DNA from: Lepidodermella squamata
Lineage: Eukaryota > Animalia > Gastrotricha
Reading direction: 5' to 3'
NCBI GenBank assembly: GCA_047495785.1
Contig: JBLDXI010000054.1
Coordinates: 558,001 to 622,000 of the forward strand
Length of the DNA: 64,000 bases
Positions 1-10,960 of the stretch are shown piece after piece. The position numbers were made by a program, and so were the translations under genes. Position 1 is the stretch's first letter. Every line of letters begins with the position of its first letter. Under the pieces are notes generated by a model, which did not search any database, was not told where the DNA came from, and was given only the letters and a program-made list of their open reading frames with translations.

Positions 1-240
1 AAAACCCTGATTTCAGGCGTTTTAACCGCTAAAATTTAAAAACCGACGCGTCGACGTGGCAACGCGCGCTAAAATTCAAGGGCATCGTGCAATTGAAAAT
101 AAAATTAAAAATTTATATTAAAAGTGATAAAAAATTATTTTAGTAAAATTATTTTCGTAAAATAGCCGGCAAATTTATTTTTCGCGACTACGGCAGGATG
201 TTCGGTTTTAAAAAGAACACCCTGTAGCGCGATATTCTCA

Positions 241-1333
241 CGGGTCTGGCAAGCTTCGCCGGTGTAACCAGCTTTGCAGGTGCACGTGTAACCCGAGAGA
301 CTCGTCAGCGATCCGGAGCAACTATTCGGGGCGCAGTTGGTAGGGCACGTAATACCTATAAATAAACACCTTTCTAAAAATGTGAGAGGAGAATTTCGGA
401 TTACCATTGATGAGCTTGCATTGATCACGCAGCGTAACGAGTTCGATATTGTCGAGAGTCTCCCGGAAGAACGAGAAACAAGCAACGCTCATTGCACCAG
501 CGCGGCCGCCAAATAGTCTGTTTTCGAGACGTTTGTGCAATATAAATATGCTATTCAAAAAAGCAATTGACTTACCGCTTCCCTAATGCCAACACCGGAG
601 TAGTTAACGGAAGCTCATTAGCGAATCCAAAGAAGTACTTATTAGTGCAGAAAATAATTGAAGAACTCGTAATATTGCTGTAAGCCAAAGCCAGAAACTG
701 CCACGATGCTAGTGAACAAGGCACCACCTTTGATGAATTTGCTGAACCATAAGAGTAGCATTTTATGTGAGTAGCGTTGATTTGCCAACAACCTGATGCC
801 GTCATGGCGAGGTCCGTGAACTCAAATAAAGAATAAAGGGCAATTCGTGCACGATGATTTGATCCATGCACCCATTGTCCATGAGAAACCTCCGCTGAAT
901 ACAGTATTGGAGAAAGACACGTAGCTGGAATTGTCTCCTTGGTTCAGGGCTTTGGCGCCAGAATTCGAGTCGCCGAACGGGCCAGCTACGTCGAATAAAG
1001 TTCCGTTCAGTATTGCGGCTATACCGAATGTCGAACCACTGACATCGCGATTACTCCACAGTCCGTTCAACGGCAAAAATCCGACAATGCTGGGGAAAGG
1101 CGTTGTAATGCTATTTCTGAGTTGTGCAACGATTGACAATGGGGCCGGAGTTACAGCAGTGGCTGGAATTACAGAGCTTCATTTCGAGGCGTGGCGACGT
1201 ATCGAAATTACTCACTTATTTGGCATGTGCTACCTGTGTAGCCAACTTTACAGGTGCAGGTGTAGCCTCCCGGATTGGCCAAGTTGCCAGTACATGTTGA
1301 CGCGACACAATTTGCGGAGCATGTTATATCTGA
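241..1333 (-). pseudogene. LamG-EGF family copy A, EGF-LamG2-EGF exons (frameshifted; 3' exons not seen in window)
   Basis: Near-identical to 27000-28085 (copy D). A small duplication at ~822-838 (aaataaagaataaaggg vs aaacaaaggg) splits the LamG exon into ORFs 822..1139 and 572..871, and GFWPL has become GFLPL. EGF exon CPTNCAPNSC...CTCKAGYTGEAC at ~241-357. Confidence 0.8.
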
Positions 1334-1916
1334 TGGAACATTAGAATTTATTCGTGAGCTTCTAGATGCGTGGCGCGACTAATTCCGGCACGGACTGTGC
1401 CAAATTAAAAGCTAACAATACGCCAGTATGAACCCGATGCTCATAACTCGTAGTATGATGGATTTCAGGGCCGTTTCACCTCTAGGGAAAAACCTGTAAC
1501 AGGTATAAAGTCACATGAGGTGTCATTCGATAGGAAATCGTTTCGATAAAACGTAAAATATTCTTCAATCGATTTGGATGATCGGCTGATTTTTCACAAT
1601 TTAAAATCGATAAATCACTGATGATTCATCGATCTGATGATTCATCCAATCGTTACCAGCTACTGCAAAAACTACGTCATTGACCTCACTAATATGGGTC
1701 AAGTAGTGCGCGCTTCCACTAATAATAATGAAAGTACTATGCAAACCTCAGCTGCCTCTCCCCCTAGCGTGGGGGAGAGGCCTTTATTTCTTGGGGTTTA
1801 AATGTGAGCGAGGGACGATAATTATCTGTTGAAGTTGTTGGTTTCGAGAGACGGGAAGCGCGAAAGAGCTGTTGATCTTCAAGTAGGAGTTAGTCTCAAA
1901 CCTTCGCCCAAGAACG

Positions 1917-1985
1917 TCGGTGGCGTAGTGGTAAAAGAGGCTGCGTGTGTAACGAAAGAATGAGGGTTCAAATCCCGCAACCTAC
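1917..1985 (+). other. tRNA-like Pol III A-box/B-box segment (not a foldable tRNA)
   Basis: TGGCGTAGTGG A-box and GGTTCAAATCCC B-box at tRNA spacing; acceptor and anticodon stems do not pair. Confidence 0.6.
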
Positions 1986-2571
1986 ACGCATTTTTATTTT
2001 TTATTTTTATTTTTTCTGGGCGATCATTGCCAAATGTCGGGTTGCGATAGCCCAGCAGATTTCGGAGATATTATAAGCCGCCTGATTTTTAAATAAAATG
2101 CTTTAATCTGTGCCAACCAACTCAATCAGTATACTTAGAATACCCACTTCAGATAAACTTTGGGTAACTTTGGGTAACAGCCACTTCAATACTTAATAAG
2201 CCGAAACCTGAAAACATTTGGATAATCGGCTGATTTTTCACAATTTAAAATCGATAAATCACTGATGATTCATCGATCTGATGCAATCGTTACCCGCGGT
2301 TGCCATTGACCTCACTAATATGGGTCAAGTAGTGCGCGCTTCCACTAATAATAATGAAAGTACTATGCAAACCTCAGCTGCCTCTCCCCCTAGCGTGGGG
2401 GAGAGGCCTCTATTTTCTGGGGTTTAATTGTGAGCGAGGGACGATAATTATTAAACTTTTTGCAAATTTCACGTTAATTTGAGGTTGTTGGTTGTTGGTT
2501 TCAAGGAACGGGGAGCGCGAAAGAGCTGTTGATGTTCAAATAGGAAGTAGCTGCAAATCGTCGCCCAAGAG

Positions 2572-2642
2572 TTTTGGTGGCGTAGTGGTAAAAGAGTCGG
2601 CGTGTGCAACGAATGAAAGAGGGTTCAAATCCCGCAGCCTAC
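2572..2642 (+). other. tRNA-like Pol III A-box/B-box segment, second copy
   Basis: GGTGGCGTAGTGGT...GGGTTCAAATCCCGC, paralog of 1917-1985. Confidence 0.6.
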
Positions 2643-3790
2643 ACGCATTTTTTTTTTTTTGTTTTTATTTTTTCTGCGCAATAATTGCCAAATGTCGGAT
2701 TTCGATAGCCCAGTAGACTTCGGGAGATATTTTAAGCCCCCTAATTTTTAAATGAAATAATGTTTCAAACAGTTCCAGCAAACTCAAACACATACCTAGA
2801 GCCAACCAAACAAACTAAACAAAATTTAGGGAGAGGGGGTTGAGATGCCCTTCCTCTAGGGAGGGGCGACAGGGTGGGTATGGAAAAAGGCCTTGTGGCC
2901 TGAACATCTGAAAAGGGGCTGATCACAAACTTTTCGCGCTAGCAAAGTTAGTCCCTTTCAATGTTTAGGCGCACGTTTGTTCTCACCCAATTGCCATTTT
3001 CCGCGCCCTTTCCCCTTTTCCACATTAGTTATATGTAAGCACCCCCAAATTCCAAAAGGGCAGGGTTTTTAATCCGATTACCTTGCAAGTTATATCAATC
3101 GATAGCCCTTGACGAGAATAGCTTATAAAAGATTTTCCAGCTGTTTTCGCCGGACCAGTTTGGAGAAATTGGCAAAAAACTGCATTTGTCCTACTTTTCT
3201 GGGGACATGACCCAATTTAAAGTAGGCCAATGTGTTACTATTTTTAGCTGCGCAATCACTAATATAGGGCCAGTACTGCGCGCATCACTAATAATAGAGA
3301 TATACTGATCGCGTTTTGGCCTTGGCCACTGTTACTTCAGCCTGCTTACAATTTGGCCTCCCTCCTCGGGGAGGGAGGCTCACGATAAATCATTGCTTAC
3401 TCTAATTTTCTTAAAGATGTAACCTTGCACATCAAAGGCATAATTGCTGCAATTAATATAACAGCTATTGGTTTCTTCATGTTGTAGATTCAGGTCATTA
3501 CCTGCCCTGATTGGGGCTTTTTACAATGAAGTCGGGAACAGGCGATAAGCGCCATATATTATGATAGATACCGAAAGAAGTATTTTTCTGCAAACTTGAC
3601 GGATGGTTTTTTTATTGACGCAAGTCGTAGATGCACAATTTTGGGGCATCCGCTGATTACAAGGTCTTGCCGTTTTTTCGTCAGTCATGTCGGAGAAAAG
3701 GGTTAGTTCCTAATATCTATGATACCTGAGTGAACACTGCTAATTGCCATAATTGGGGAAAGCAGCTGAACAGTAGGCGAATGACAAAGC

Positions 3791-4015
3791 TCATATGGGA
3801 TGATTGTGATGGCCGGCGAAAGGATAATTGATGAGGATGAGCTTTTCGAAAACATTTTCGAAAGACATTAGTTCTGGCGGTCTTACATTGAATATTTCAA
3901 TTGTTCCGGTAGTTTGACAGAATCGGTTATATTTGCGAGATTCGCGCATAGGTTGCAGTTGCTCCTCAGTGAATAATTGCATGTTGAGCATCAGTCCTAT
4001 CTCATTTGGATCCAT
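3791..4015 (-). CDS. Small ORF (MDPNEIG...RPPEL...HPI) carried by the TIR-less element; function unknown, possibly a remnant
   Basis: Open in both element copies (also 59394-59618, + strand); a degenerate third copy lies at ~58229-58430. Confidence 0.3.
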   Translation of the reverse strand: MDPNEIGLMLNMQLFTEEQLQPMRESRKYNRFCQTTGTIEIFNVRPPELMSFENVFEKLILINYPFAGHHNHPI

Positions 4016-4239
4016 AAGCCGTTTGCTTCTGCAGGAATCGATGTATATTAGAAGAGTAATATAGCACAAAGCGTGTTAGGTTTTTAGTCGTCGTTAAAAT
4101 TGCAAAAACAGGTGATAGGTCAAGGCTTACGAAGTCTTCAAGATTAGGCGGTGCGCAACAAAGGATTGTCCCGTGTTATGCAACGGCCTAAGACATTTTA
4201 ACCGGGTTTCGAAGGCTTGCGCGAGCTGATTATTGTACA

Positions 4240-5910
4240 TCACATCACTTTATTTATTTATTTATTTAGGAGCCATTCATCCGTTTTTAGAAAAAGTTGG
4301 AAAGCTCAGCTGTAAAAAAAGACAATGGATTAGTTAGGGTTTGATCAAACTGTACACAAGATTATGAAGTTATAAAACATCATTTTAGATAAGTTGACAA
4401 AAATCAGTATAAAATTGAGCAACAATAATGGTAGAAAAATATGGGAGTATAGGTTTCATTTCAGGCTGCTGGCTTTTTGTTGAGATTGGTGTTGGGAGCC
4501 AGACTTAATAGGTAGTTGTAGACCAAGTTCCTGCACTGATCTGCGCTTGTTGCAGAGCGCACTGCGTCGGGCAAACTGTTCCAAAAAACTGCCCCGTGGT
4601 GTTCAAGACAACGGTCCATGGTCTTGGACTTTGTCTTTGGCATTTTAAGGAGACAGCTCATAGTTTTCTTGGCTGTTTGGCTTCGAGTGGAGCCCGTCGC
4701 GGTTTGCTTGGTAAAAAAAGCAGCGATTGCAACCGGTGCTTCGTCATTTAAGCACCGCCAGATCAAGGTAGCCAGATGGACTTTACGCTTCCCATCCAAA
4801 TCTAGCCAACGCAGACTTTGTCGCAGCGGTACCGGGTCGGCGTTCGCTGGAGCGCGGCAAATTATTCGGACAGCCTGGTCCTGGCGCCTTTGCAGTTTCT
4901 TTAATTTCGTAGGTGCCAATTGCGATAGAGTTGTGTCGCAATACGTCAGGTGGCAGAAAATGAGACCATTTGCCATCAGTTTTAGCGTTTTTCGGTCGAG
5001 ATATTTGGCAGCGATTCTCAACGCAAATAGACCACTACGAGTTTTGTTCCTAATCACTTTCAAATGATCCTTGAAGCACATCTTGTTATCAAGAGTGAAA
5101 CCTAAGATTTTGAACGACGATGTTGTTTCAATCGGACAATTTTCAATTTTGATATCGAATTTTGGTGGGGAAAGTGTGTTATAGTCAGTTGGTAGCACGA
5201 TCAACTGGGATTTTTTACCATTGACCATAAGGCTATTTGAAGCAAGCCAATCGCTCAGACGGTTCAAATCGTCTTGAAGTTCCCTCTGAATTTTTTCGAC
5301 ATTTTTACCCGAGTGATAAACTGTGGTGTCGTCGGCAAACTGAATTAATTTAGCAAAACGAGGAATTGAGGCCATCTCGTTGATGTATAATGTAAATAAT
5401 AACGGTCCTAGTACGCTACCTTGTGGTACTCCGTACAAAATTGGCTCTTGGTTTGATAAAAGGCTATTAATTTTGGTGAACTGAGATCGGTCCGAAAGAT
5501 AGTTTCTGATGAGGCCTACAGCTTCGGAGGAAAAACCAGCGCTATCGAGTGATTTGTAGACTCCGTCATGATGTAATGAGTCGAACGCCTTACTTAAGTC
5601 AATAGCAACAGCAACAGTAGTTAGTCCCATTTCATGAGCCTTACGCCAGTCGTTCGTCAATTTTGCTAAGCAACTGTCTGTTGAGTGGTATTTGCGAAAA
5701 CCGAATTGGCTAGTAGATAAAAATTGGATATCGGATATATGTTCCTTAATTTGGATGGAAAGGCAGCGTTCGAATGTTCTTGAGATCGGTGAAAGAATCG
5801 AAATCGGGCGAAAATTTCCTATATCTGATTTAGAGCCACCTTTGTGTAGCGGGCTAACTATTGCTACCTTCCATTGTTTAGGAATCGAACCTGAGTCGAT
5901 GATCGAATTA
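4240..5910 (-). mobile_element. 5'-truncated CR1/L2-like LINE (RT + C-terminal region, CDS to 4461) with (TAAA)n tail
   Basis: RT motifs NFRPISIL, QFGFR, DLSKAFD, GVPQGSVLGPLLF, FADD; (ttta)n at 4249-4268. The empty site in element copy 2 (acacctgaaagtgtacaata, ~59159-59178) fixes the junction at ~5911. No TSD. Confidence 0.9.
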
Positions 5911-6220
5911 AGGTGTCGTTTTCTGTACGTTGGCATAACACTAACATCTTCGCTTACTTTCAATTTTTCAGAGGTAACCCCGCAAAATTGAAGCTTAAGT
6001 GATTGAAGCGAGACAACAAATTCCAATTGTTTCGGTTTAAATGGTCGATTAATCGCCTGGAGTCACTGCGTCTGAAACTTAATTTCCTTGAAAATGACAA
6101 ATATTGGTATTCTCCAAATTTTCCGGCGGCCGGGCGCCGTTTTAACATTAATAGTAAAGCGTAAGTAAAGTAAGTAAAGCGAGCTTACGTCTTTCACAAT
6201 TTGGATGAATAACTTGTGGA

Positions 6221-9200
6221 ATTTGATCTGCGAATTTGATTTGTGTCTAAGGTTTTTACACGTATTTGTGTTTCTGCTTGCGCTACTGCAGCGGTACACT
6301 TACTTACCTACTTCTTACGATGGCCGGCAATAAAGGCGGGAAGAAGAAGAAGAAGGCAGCTCCTACACTTTCCCTGTTCAAGGCTCTGAGGGGCCTGGAC
6401 GCTGCTGACATCGCCAATGTGCTGAAGGTGATCGCGGCGCTCAAGGCCGCAAAGGGTTGCCCGGAGACTCTCTCGGTTAGTGGCGAGGTCCACATGGACT
6501 CGGCTGACGAGAGTGGCGACGAGCCACCTACGCTCACCTATGCTGGCGCGGCCACGTCCACGGCCTCGTCTCAGCGCCCGTCGTCGCACCCGGCGACCCC
6601 TGACCCTCGTGTTAAGCCGCCGCCCCAAGGCGCTCCACCTGCGGGTGCTGCCCCTGCTCCGTCCACTGCTGCCAACACCGGTTCTTTTCGCACTGTCATA
6701 ATCGATGGAATACACGGCATTCGACGGAACGAACTTGAGCCCAAACTCTACGAGGCTGTCGCCTGGCTTCGGCCCGAAACCGTTGTTGTCATGGCTAGTG
6801 GTGGCTTGCGTATCATCTGTAAAACCCCCGCTGATGCTCAGCGCCTTCTCGACCGTGATGGGTTCGCTCCTGAGGCCTTTCGTGGCTCCGCATTTCGCGT
6901 CCACCGCCCCGGCCAGCCAGACCCTAAGGCTGCTAAGTCCAAGCAAGCTGACAAGGACAGTCGTTCGGTGATCACTGCCCGGCTGCCTGGGTTCTATACC
7001 ACCGACCAGCTTCTGAAGCACCTGACGAACGTCGTCGAAATTCGTGACATGCCAGTTCACACCCCCGGCGATGACCCGCTCCGCGTCGTCGTCCTCAAGA
7101 CACAAGCGTTACGCGACGAGGCTCTCACCCTCGGCCTCGAGTTCCTGAATCGCCGTATCAAGTGCCGCCCTCTCAAGGACGGCCTCCTTCCGCCTAAGTG
7201 TATGCGCTGCGCCCGGTTTGGGCACGTCGAAGTTGACTGTGCTGCGGCAGAGAAAGACCTCCTGTGTGGTCGCTGCGCCTCGCCGAACCACAAAACCGCC
7301 CAGTGCGAAGCGCCGCGCGAATCCCTCGCCTGCGTCAACTGTCCGGACGGTGGCTCGCCTCGCCACTCCAGTCTCTGGCGCGGCTGTCCTCAGTTCAAGG
7401 CCGCTAAAGTGCAGGAGGCCGAGTCCCGTGCTGCCCGCGCCGAGGCGAGACGTGCTCGTGTCGCTCGACAAAAGAAGGTCACGCCACCGACCGCGCCGCC
7501 TCAGCCCCCTCCGGGCCGCGTCTTCCGGGTTGCCACTCGCGATCTTCTCGGCTCCGCGCCGCCGCCCCCACCGCAACTCCCGCCTGTTAACCCTGCTATC
7601 CGTAACCAGTTCCAGACGCTCGACGGCGCTCGTTTGTTCGAAATGATGGACGCCCGCCTGAAGAAGTTCGAGGAAAAGGAGGTTGCCTACGGCCAGCGTC
7701 TTCTACGGCTGGAGAACGCCTTCGTTGAGATCACGGGCCTTGTCAAGGCGGTCGTGCATGCGCCTCCCGTTCGCGCGGCTGGTGGCCCGCCGCATGGTGA
7801 CGCGCATGGCGGGTCGGCGATCCTGGTTCGCGAAGGGGCGGTTGTCGTCTCCGAGCGGAAGCTGGCCTTGACTGGGGCGAAGAGAAGCGAGTGGATACGC
7901 CTCGACCTGCTGCCTGGTCGCCGTTGTGAAGCAGTACGTATGTTTACCGGCTACTGTCCGCCGTCGTCCAGTCTCGACCTGCGCTGGTTTGAGGAGGAGT
8001 TCGCTGAAGCTGCTCGTCTGGCTGTCCCGTGTTTCTTTGGCGGCGACCTGAACGCGAAATCACCACTGTGGGGGAAGGGCGACCTCTGGAACGCCAACGG
8101 CTTCTCCCTCCACCACGCCGCGACTCGGCTCGGTCTTACCGTCCTTCCGTCTCCGAAGCCGACTCATCTGCATCCCTCCTCCGGTTCGCTATCCACGCTC
8201 GATGTATGGGTGCTTAACGACGCTGCCATGCGCCTCCTGCGCGGCGGCGCTCACGTTGGCGATCGATATACCAGTGACCATTTCGTGACCTCAGTCGCTG
8301 TCGCCTTCCCAGTTGGCCGGCGGCTGCCTGCAGTCGACCCTCCCGCTCCGGATCCGTTTCCGCGGTACGATGTCTCGCGCGCCGATCGTCTCAGTTTTTC
8401 CCGCACCTTGACTGCTAAGCTCCTTGCCATTCAGATGCCAGCTCCCGGGGACCCCTTCCCACGACTTGCCACTTATCGCCGAGAAGTAACCAGCGCTATC
8501 GCCGAGTCCCGCGACCTTCACGTGCCCGTCTGTGCGCCGGGGCAGCTGCGACGCATCGCCATGAGCCTGGAGATGCGCAGGCTTCTTCAGGAGAAGCGGG
8601 TTCTGGAACGTGCTCTGGGCAACCACGTCGACCGCGAGCTATGCGCCCGGCTCAAAGATCTCGACGCCCGGTTCCGCGCTGCGCAGCACGCTCATCTTCT
8701 CCGTCGCGACATCGCCAATCTTCGAATGGTGGAAGCGCTATCTGCCCAGCACCGTTACCGAGAAGCGTGGGAGCGCCTCCGCCGTCTCGACCGACACAGG
8801 CCGCCGCGTTCGGCTGGGCCCATGAAACTGGATGACGGCCGCGTCTTAGCGCCATCGCCTGAGCTCGCAGATGCTCTCCTGAGTCAGTTCGTCAAGCCGA
8901 TGACGCCGTATGAAGACCCGGCTGCCGATGCTGCGACCAGACAACGTTGGGCCGATATAGAGCGATTCGTTTCCACCGATCCTGATCTTCAGCGTACCGA
9001 TACCCTACAGCTACCCGGCCCGGGTGAGTTCTCCGTCAGCCAGCGCATGGTGGCTGATGCAGTCGGGCGCCTCAAGCCGTTTAAGGCGCCTGGGCTGGAC
9101 GGCATCAGTCCTATATTCTACAAATGGGGCGGGCCGCCGCTTCAGCGCCACCTTCGCCATCTGTTTAACCTCAGCCTCGGCTCCCGATGCGTTCTGCCGG

Positions 9201-10712
9201 AATGGAAGGAGGCTGCCGTCATCCCTGTGCCTAAAGCCGGTAAACCGCATGGCGCCGTCTCGTCTCAGCGGCCGATCTCGCTGCTCCCAGTTGACGGCAA
9301 GCTACTCGAATCGATCATCGCGCGCTGGTTGGGTGGGTTCCTGGAGGATCTCAGCCTGCTGCCTGACAACCAGTACGCGTTCCGTGCTCACCGGTCCGCT
9401 CCGGACGTACCGCTGCGAATCGCGCACCGCGTCCACCTCGGCCGGTCGCGTAACCGTAAGGTCATCGTCGTCGGCCTTGACGTACAGGCGGCGTACGATT
9501 CCGTGTGGAGTGCCGGCCTTGCCTTCAAACTCGCCGAACTGCCTCTACCTCGAAACCTGGCCGCCTGGCTTACCGATTTCCTGCGCGACCGGAAGCTTCA
9601 AGCGCGCGTCGCCGGCTTCCTCAGCCAGCAGCGGACTGTGAACTGCGGAGTCCCGCAAGGGTCGCCCCTGTCGCCCCTGCTGTACATCGTGTACACTGCT
9701 GACCTTCTAACTGCGCCGACTGCCCCCGGCTGTTCCCTAGACGCCTATGCTGACGATCTCACAGTCGTCGGCGAGGGTGCGAATTTCCAGGAGGCCGAAC
9801 GCTGCACCCAGGCAGAGATCGATCGCATCTCGCAGTGGGCCCGCGAGTGGCGCCAGAAGTTTAATGCGTCGAAAAGCGAAGCAATGCCGTTTGCCTGGCG
9901 CTCGTACCAGACCCGTCTGCGCCTCGACGGCTCGATGATCCCTCAAGTTGCCGTAATTCGTGTCCTCGGCGTGCACCTTGACGCCAAACTGACTTGGAAG
10001 TCGCACGTCGACCAGGTCATCAACCGCTGCACCCGGAACCTGTCCCACTTTCGCCGTATTGCCTGCACCCCTGGCCTCTCTCGCCGATGGCGTCGCACGG
10101 CCTACCTCAGCCTTGTCCGCTCCGCCGCCACTTACGGCAACGTCGTGTTTTGTACCGCGCCCAAGAGGCAGCTGAAGCGGCTTGATGTGTTGCAGAACGA
10201 CTGTCTGCGCAGCCTGCTAAACATCCGCCGCGATGACCGGGTCCGTGTCTCGGAGCTGGAACGCCGCTGTGGCGTGAAGAGCCTGCCTGCCTTTTTCGAA
10301 CAGACCCAGCGCCGTTATGCTGCGAATGCAGTCCGGTTCGTCCTCCCACTTAGAGAAGAAGTTGAGCGACTCCGCCTCTCCGCGAACCCGGTGCCCCGTT
10401 CCCCGCTGGCCTTGATCGCCAGCAGGCTTCCTCGGGGTCCTTTGCCCACTTTCGATGTCTAATCTCGCCGCCTCTCCCTCTCCCTCTATCCTTTGCTTTC
10501 TCTTCTCTCTTCCCTTCTTCTTCCTCCCATTCTCCCTCGCTGTGTTTACGTGCCTCTCTGCTTTCGATAAATCATCCATCACCCCGCCTACTTGTGTCCA
10601 CAGCGCACTGCCGCCGGCAAGCGCATATAATCTCGCGACCCCGCGTCATTGATATCTTTACTTATTTTGTCTCCCATATCAATGAACAATAAATATTTGA
10701 ATTTAGAATTTA
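6221..10712 (+). mobile_element. Near full-length Jockey/I-group-like LINE (family 1), nested in the TIR-less element
   Basis: Empty site aacttgtggatgaatctaccc in copy 2 (reverse of ~58874-58894); 3' end AATAAA + TTTGAATTTAGAATTTA; GC-rich coding body. Confidence 0.93.
6320..10462 (+). CDS. Single fused ORF: Gag-like (three CCHC knuckles) + N-terminally deleted APE endonuclease + reverse transcriptase
   Basis: CMRCARFGHVEVDC, CGRCASPNHKTAQC, CVNC...H...C; GDLNA, TLD, SDH (APE); APGLDG, RPISLL, QYAFR, GVPQGSPLSP, YADD (RT). No RNase H seen. Confidence 0.9.
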   Translation: MAGNKGGKKKKKAAPTLSLFKALRGLDAADIANVLKVIAALKAAKGCPETLSVSGEVHMDSADESGDEPPTLTYAGAATSTASSQRPSSHPATPDPRVKPPPQGAPPAGAAPAPSTAANTGSFRTVIIDGIHGIRRNELEPKLYEAVAWLRPETVVVMASGGLRIICKTPADAQRLLDRDGFAPEAFRGSAFRVHRPGQPDPKAAKSKQADKDSRSVITARLPGFYTTDQLLKHLTNVVEIRDMPVHTPGDDPLRVVVLKTQALRDEALTLGLEFLNRRIKCRPLKDGLLPPKCMRCARFGHVEVDCAAAEKDLLCGRCASPNHKTAQCEAPRESLACVNCPDGGSPRHSSLWRGCPQFKAAKVQEAESRAARAEARRARVARQKKVTPPTAPPQPPPGRVFRVATRDLLGSAPPPPPQLPPVNPAIRNQFQTLDGARLFEMMDARLKKFEEKEVAYGQRLLRLENAFVEITGLVKAVVHAPPVRAAGGPPHGDAHGGSAILVREGAVVVSERKLALTGAKRSEWIRLDLLPGRRCEAVRMFTGYCPPSSSLDLRWFEEEFAEAARLAVPCFFGGDLNAKSPLWGKGDLWNANGFSLHHAATRLGLTVLPSPKPTHLHPSSGSLSTLDVWVLNDAAMRLLRGGAHVGDRYTSDHFVTSVAVAFPVGRRLPAVDPPAPDPFPRYDVSRADRLSFSRTLTAKLLAIQMPAPGDPFPRLATYRREVTSAIAESRDLHVPVCAPGQLRRIAMSLEMRRLLQEKRVLERALGNHVDRELCARLKDLDARFRAAQHAHLLRRDIANLRMVEALSAQHRYREAWERLRRLDRHRPPRSAGPMKLDDGRVLAPSPELADALLSQFVKPMTPYEDPAADAATRQRWADIERFVSTDPDLQRTDTLQLPGPGEFSVSQRMVADAVGRLKPFKAPGLDGISPIFYKWGGPPLQRHLRHLFNLSLGSRCVLPEWKEAAVIPVPKAGKPHGAVSSQRPISLLPVDGKLLESIIARWLGGFLEDLSLLPDNQYAFRAHRSAPDVPLRIAHRVHLGRSRNRKVIVVGLDVQAAYDSVWSAGLAFKLAELPLPRNLAAWLTDFLRDRKLQARVAGFLSQQRTVNCGVPQGSPLSPLLYIVYTADLLTAPTAPGCSLDAYADDLTVVGEGANFQEAERCTQAEIDRISQWAREWRQKFNASKSEAMPFAWRSYQTRLRLDGSMIPQVAVIRVLGVHLDAKLTWKSHVDQVINRCTRNLSHFRRIACTPGLSRRWRRTAYLSLVRSAATYGNVVFCTAPKRQLKRLDVLQNDCLRSLLNIRRDDRVRVSELERRCGVKSLPAFFEQTQRRYAANAVRFVLPLREEVERLRLSANPVPRSPLALIASRLPRGPLPTFDV

Positions 10713-10879
10713 GGATGAATCTACCCAGTAACTTGCTTCAATAGCCTAGTCAATGTTAGCCTAGTCAATAGCAATATTGTAGATTAGGTGGTTCCACTAA
10801 GTTATGATTATATACATTAGTCGCTTTGAAAACTCGTCAGGAAAATTAAGAAAAAATTAGCAGAATTACGCAAAAAATG

Positions 10880-10960
10880 CTGCTTTATGAGAAATCGAAC
10901 CGTCGCTCGTCATAACACACAACCTCTGATGACGCATTACAACCACTTGGCCATCGAACC
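10880..10960 (-). other. tRNA-like A-box/B-box segment
   Basis: Minus strand reads TGGCCAAGTGG...GGTTCGATTTC. Confidence 0.45.

Larger units (their letters stand above)
1571..2800. repeat. Tandem duplication (~640-bp unit) inside the TIR-less element
   Basis: 1571-2160 and ~2217-2800 share long near-identical blocks (gatttttcacaatttaaaatcg..., cactaatatgggtcaagtagtgcgcg..., hairpin, tRNA-like segment). Copy 2 has only one unit. Confidence 0.85.

Noticed and set aside
1618-1645. Other CTGATGA motifs (also ~2262, ~10926, ~44442) as hammerheads
   Set aside because: No stem II followed by GAAA and no stem III/UH site.
1917-1985. Functional tRNA gene
   Set aside because: A and B boxes are present, but no acceptor or anticodon stem pairing; it is embedded in a repeat.
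5911-6026. N-terminal extension of ORF 4461..6026 as part of the RT protein
   Set aside because: This stretch is host-element sequence (present at ~59041-59164 without the LINE); the in-frame fusion is fortuitous.
6304-10349. Many overlapping alternative-frame and antisense ORFs in LINE bodies (also 12.4-15 kb and 20.5-22 kb)
   Set aside because: Expected shadows of GC-rich coding sequence, with no independent motifs.
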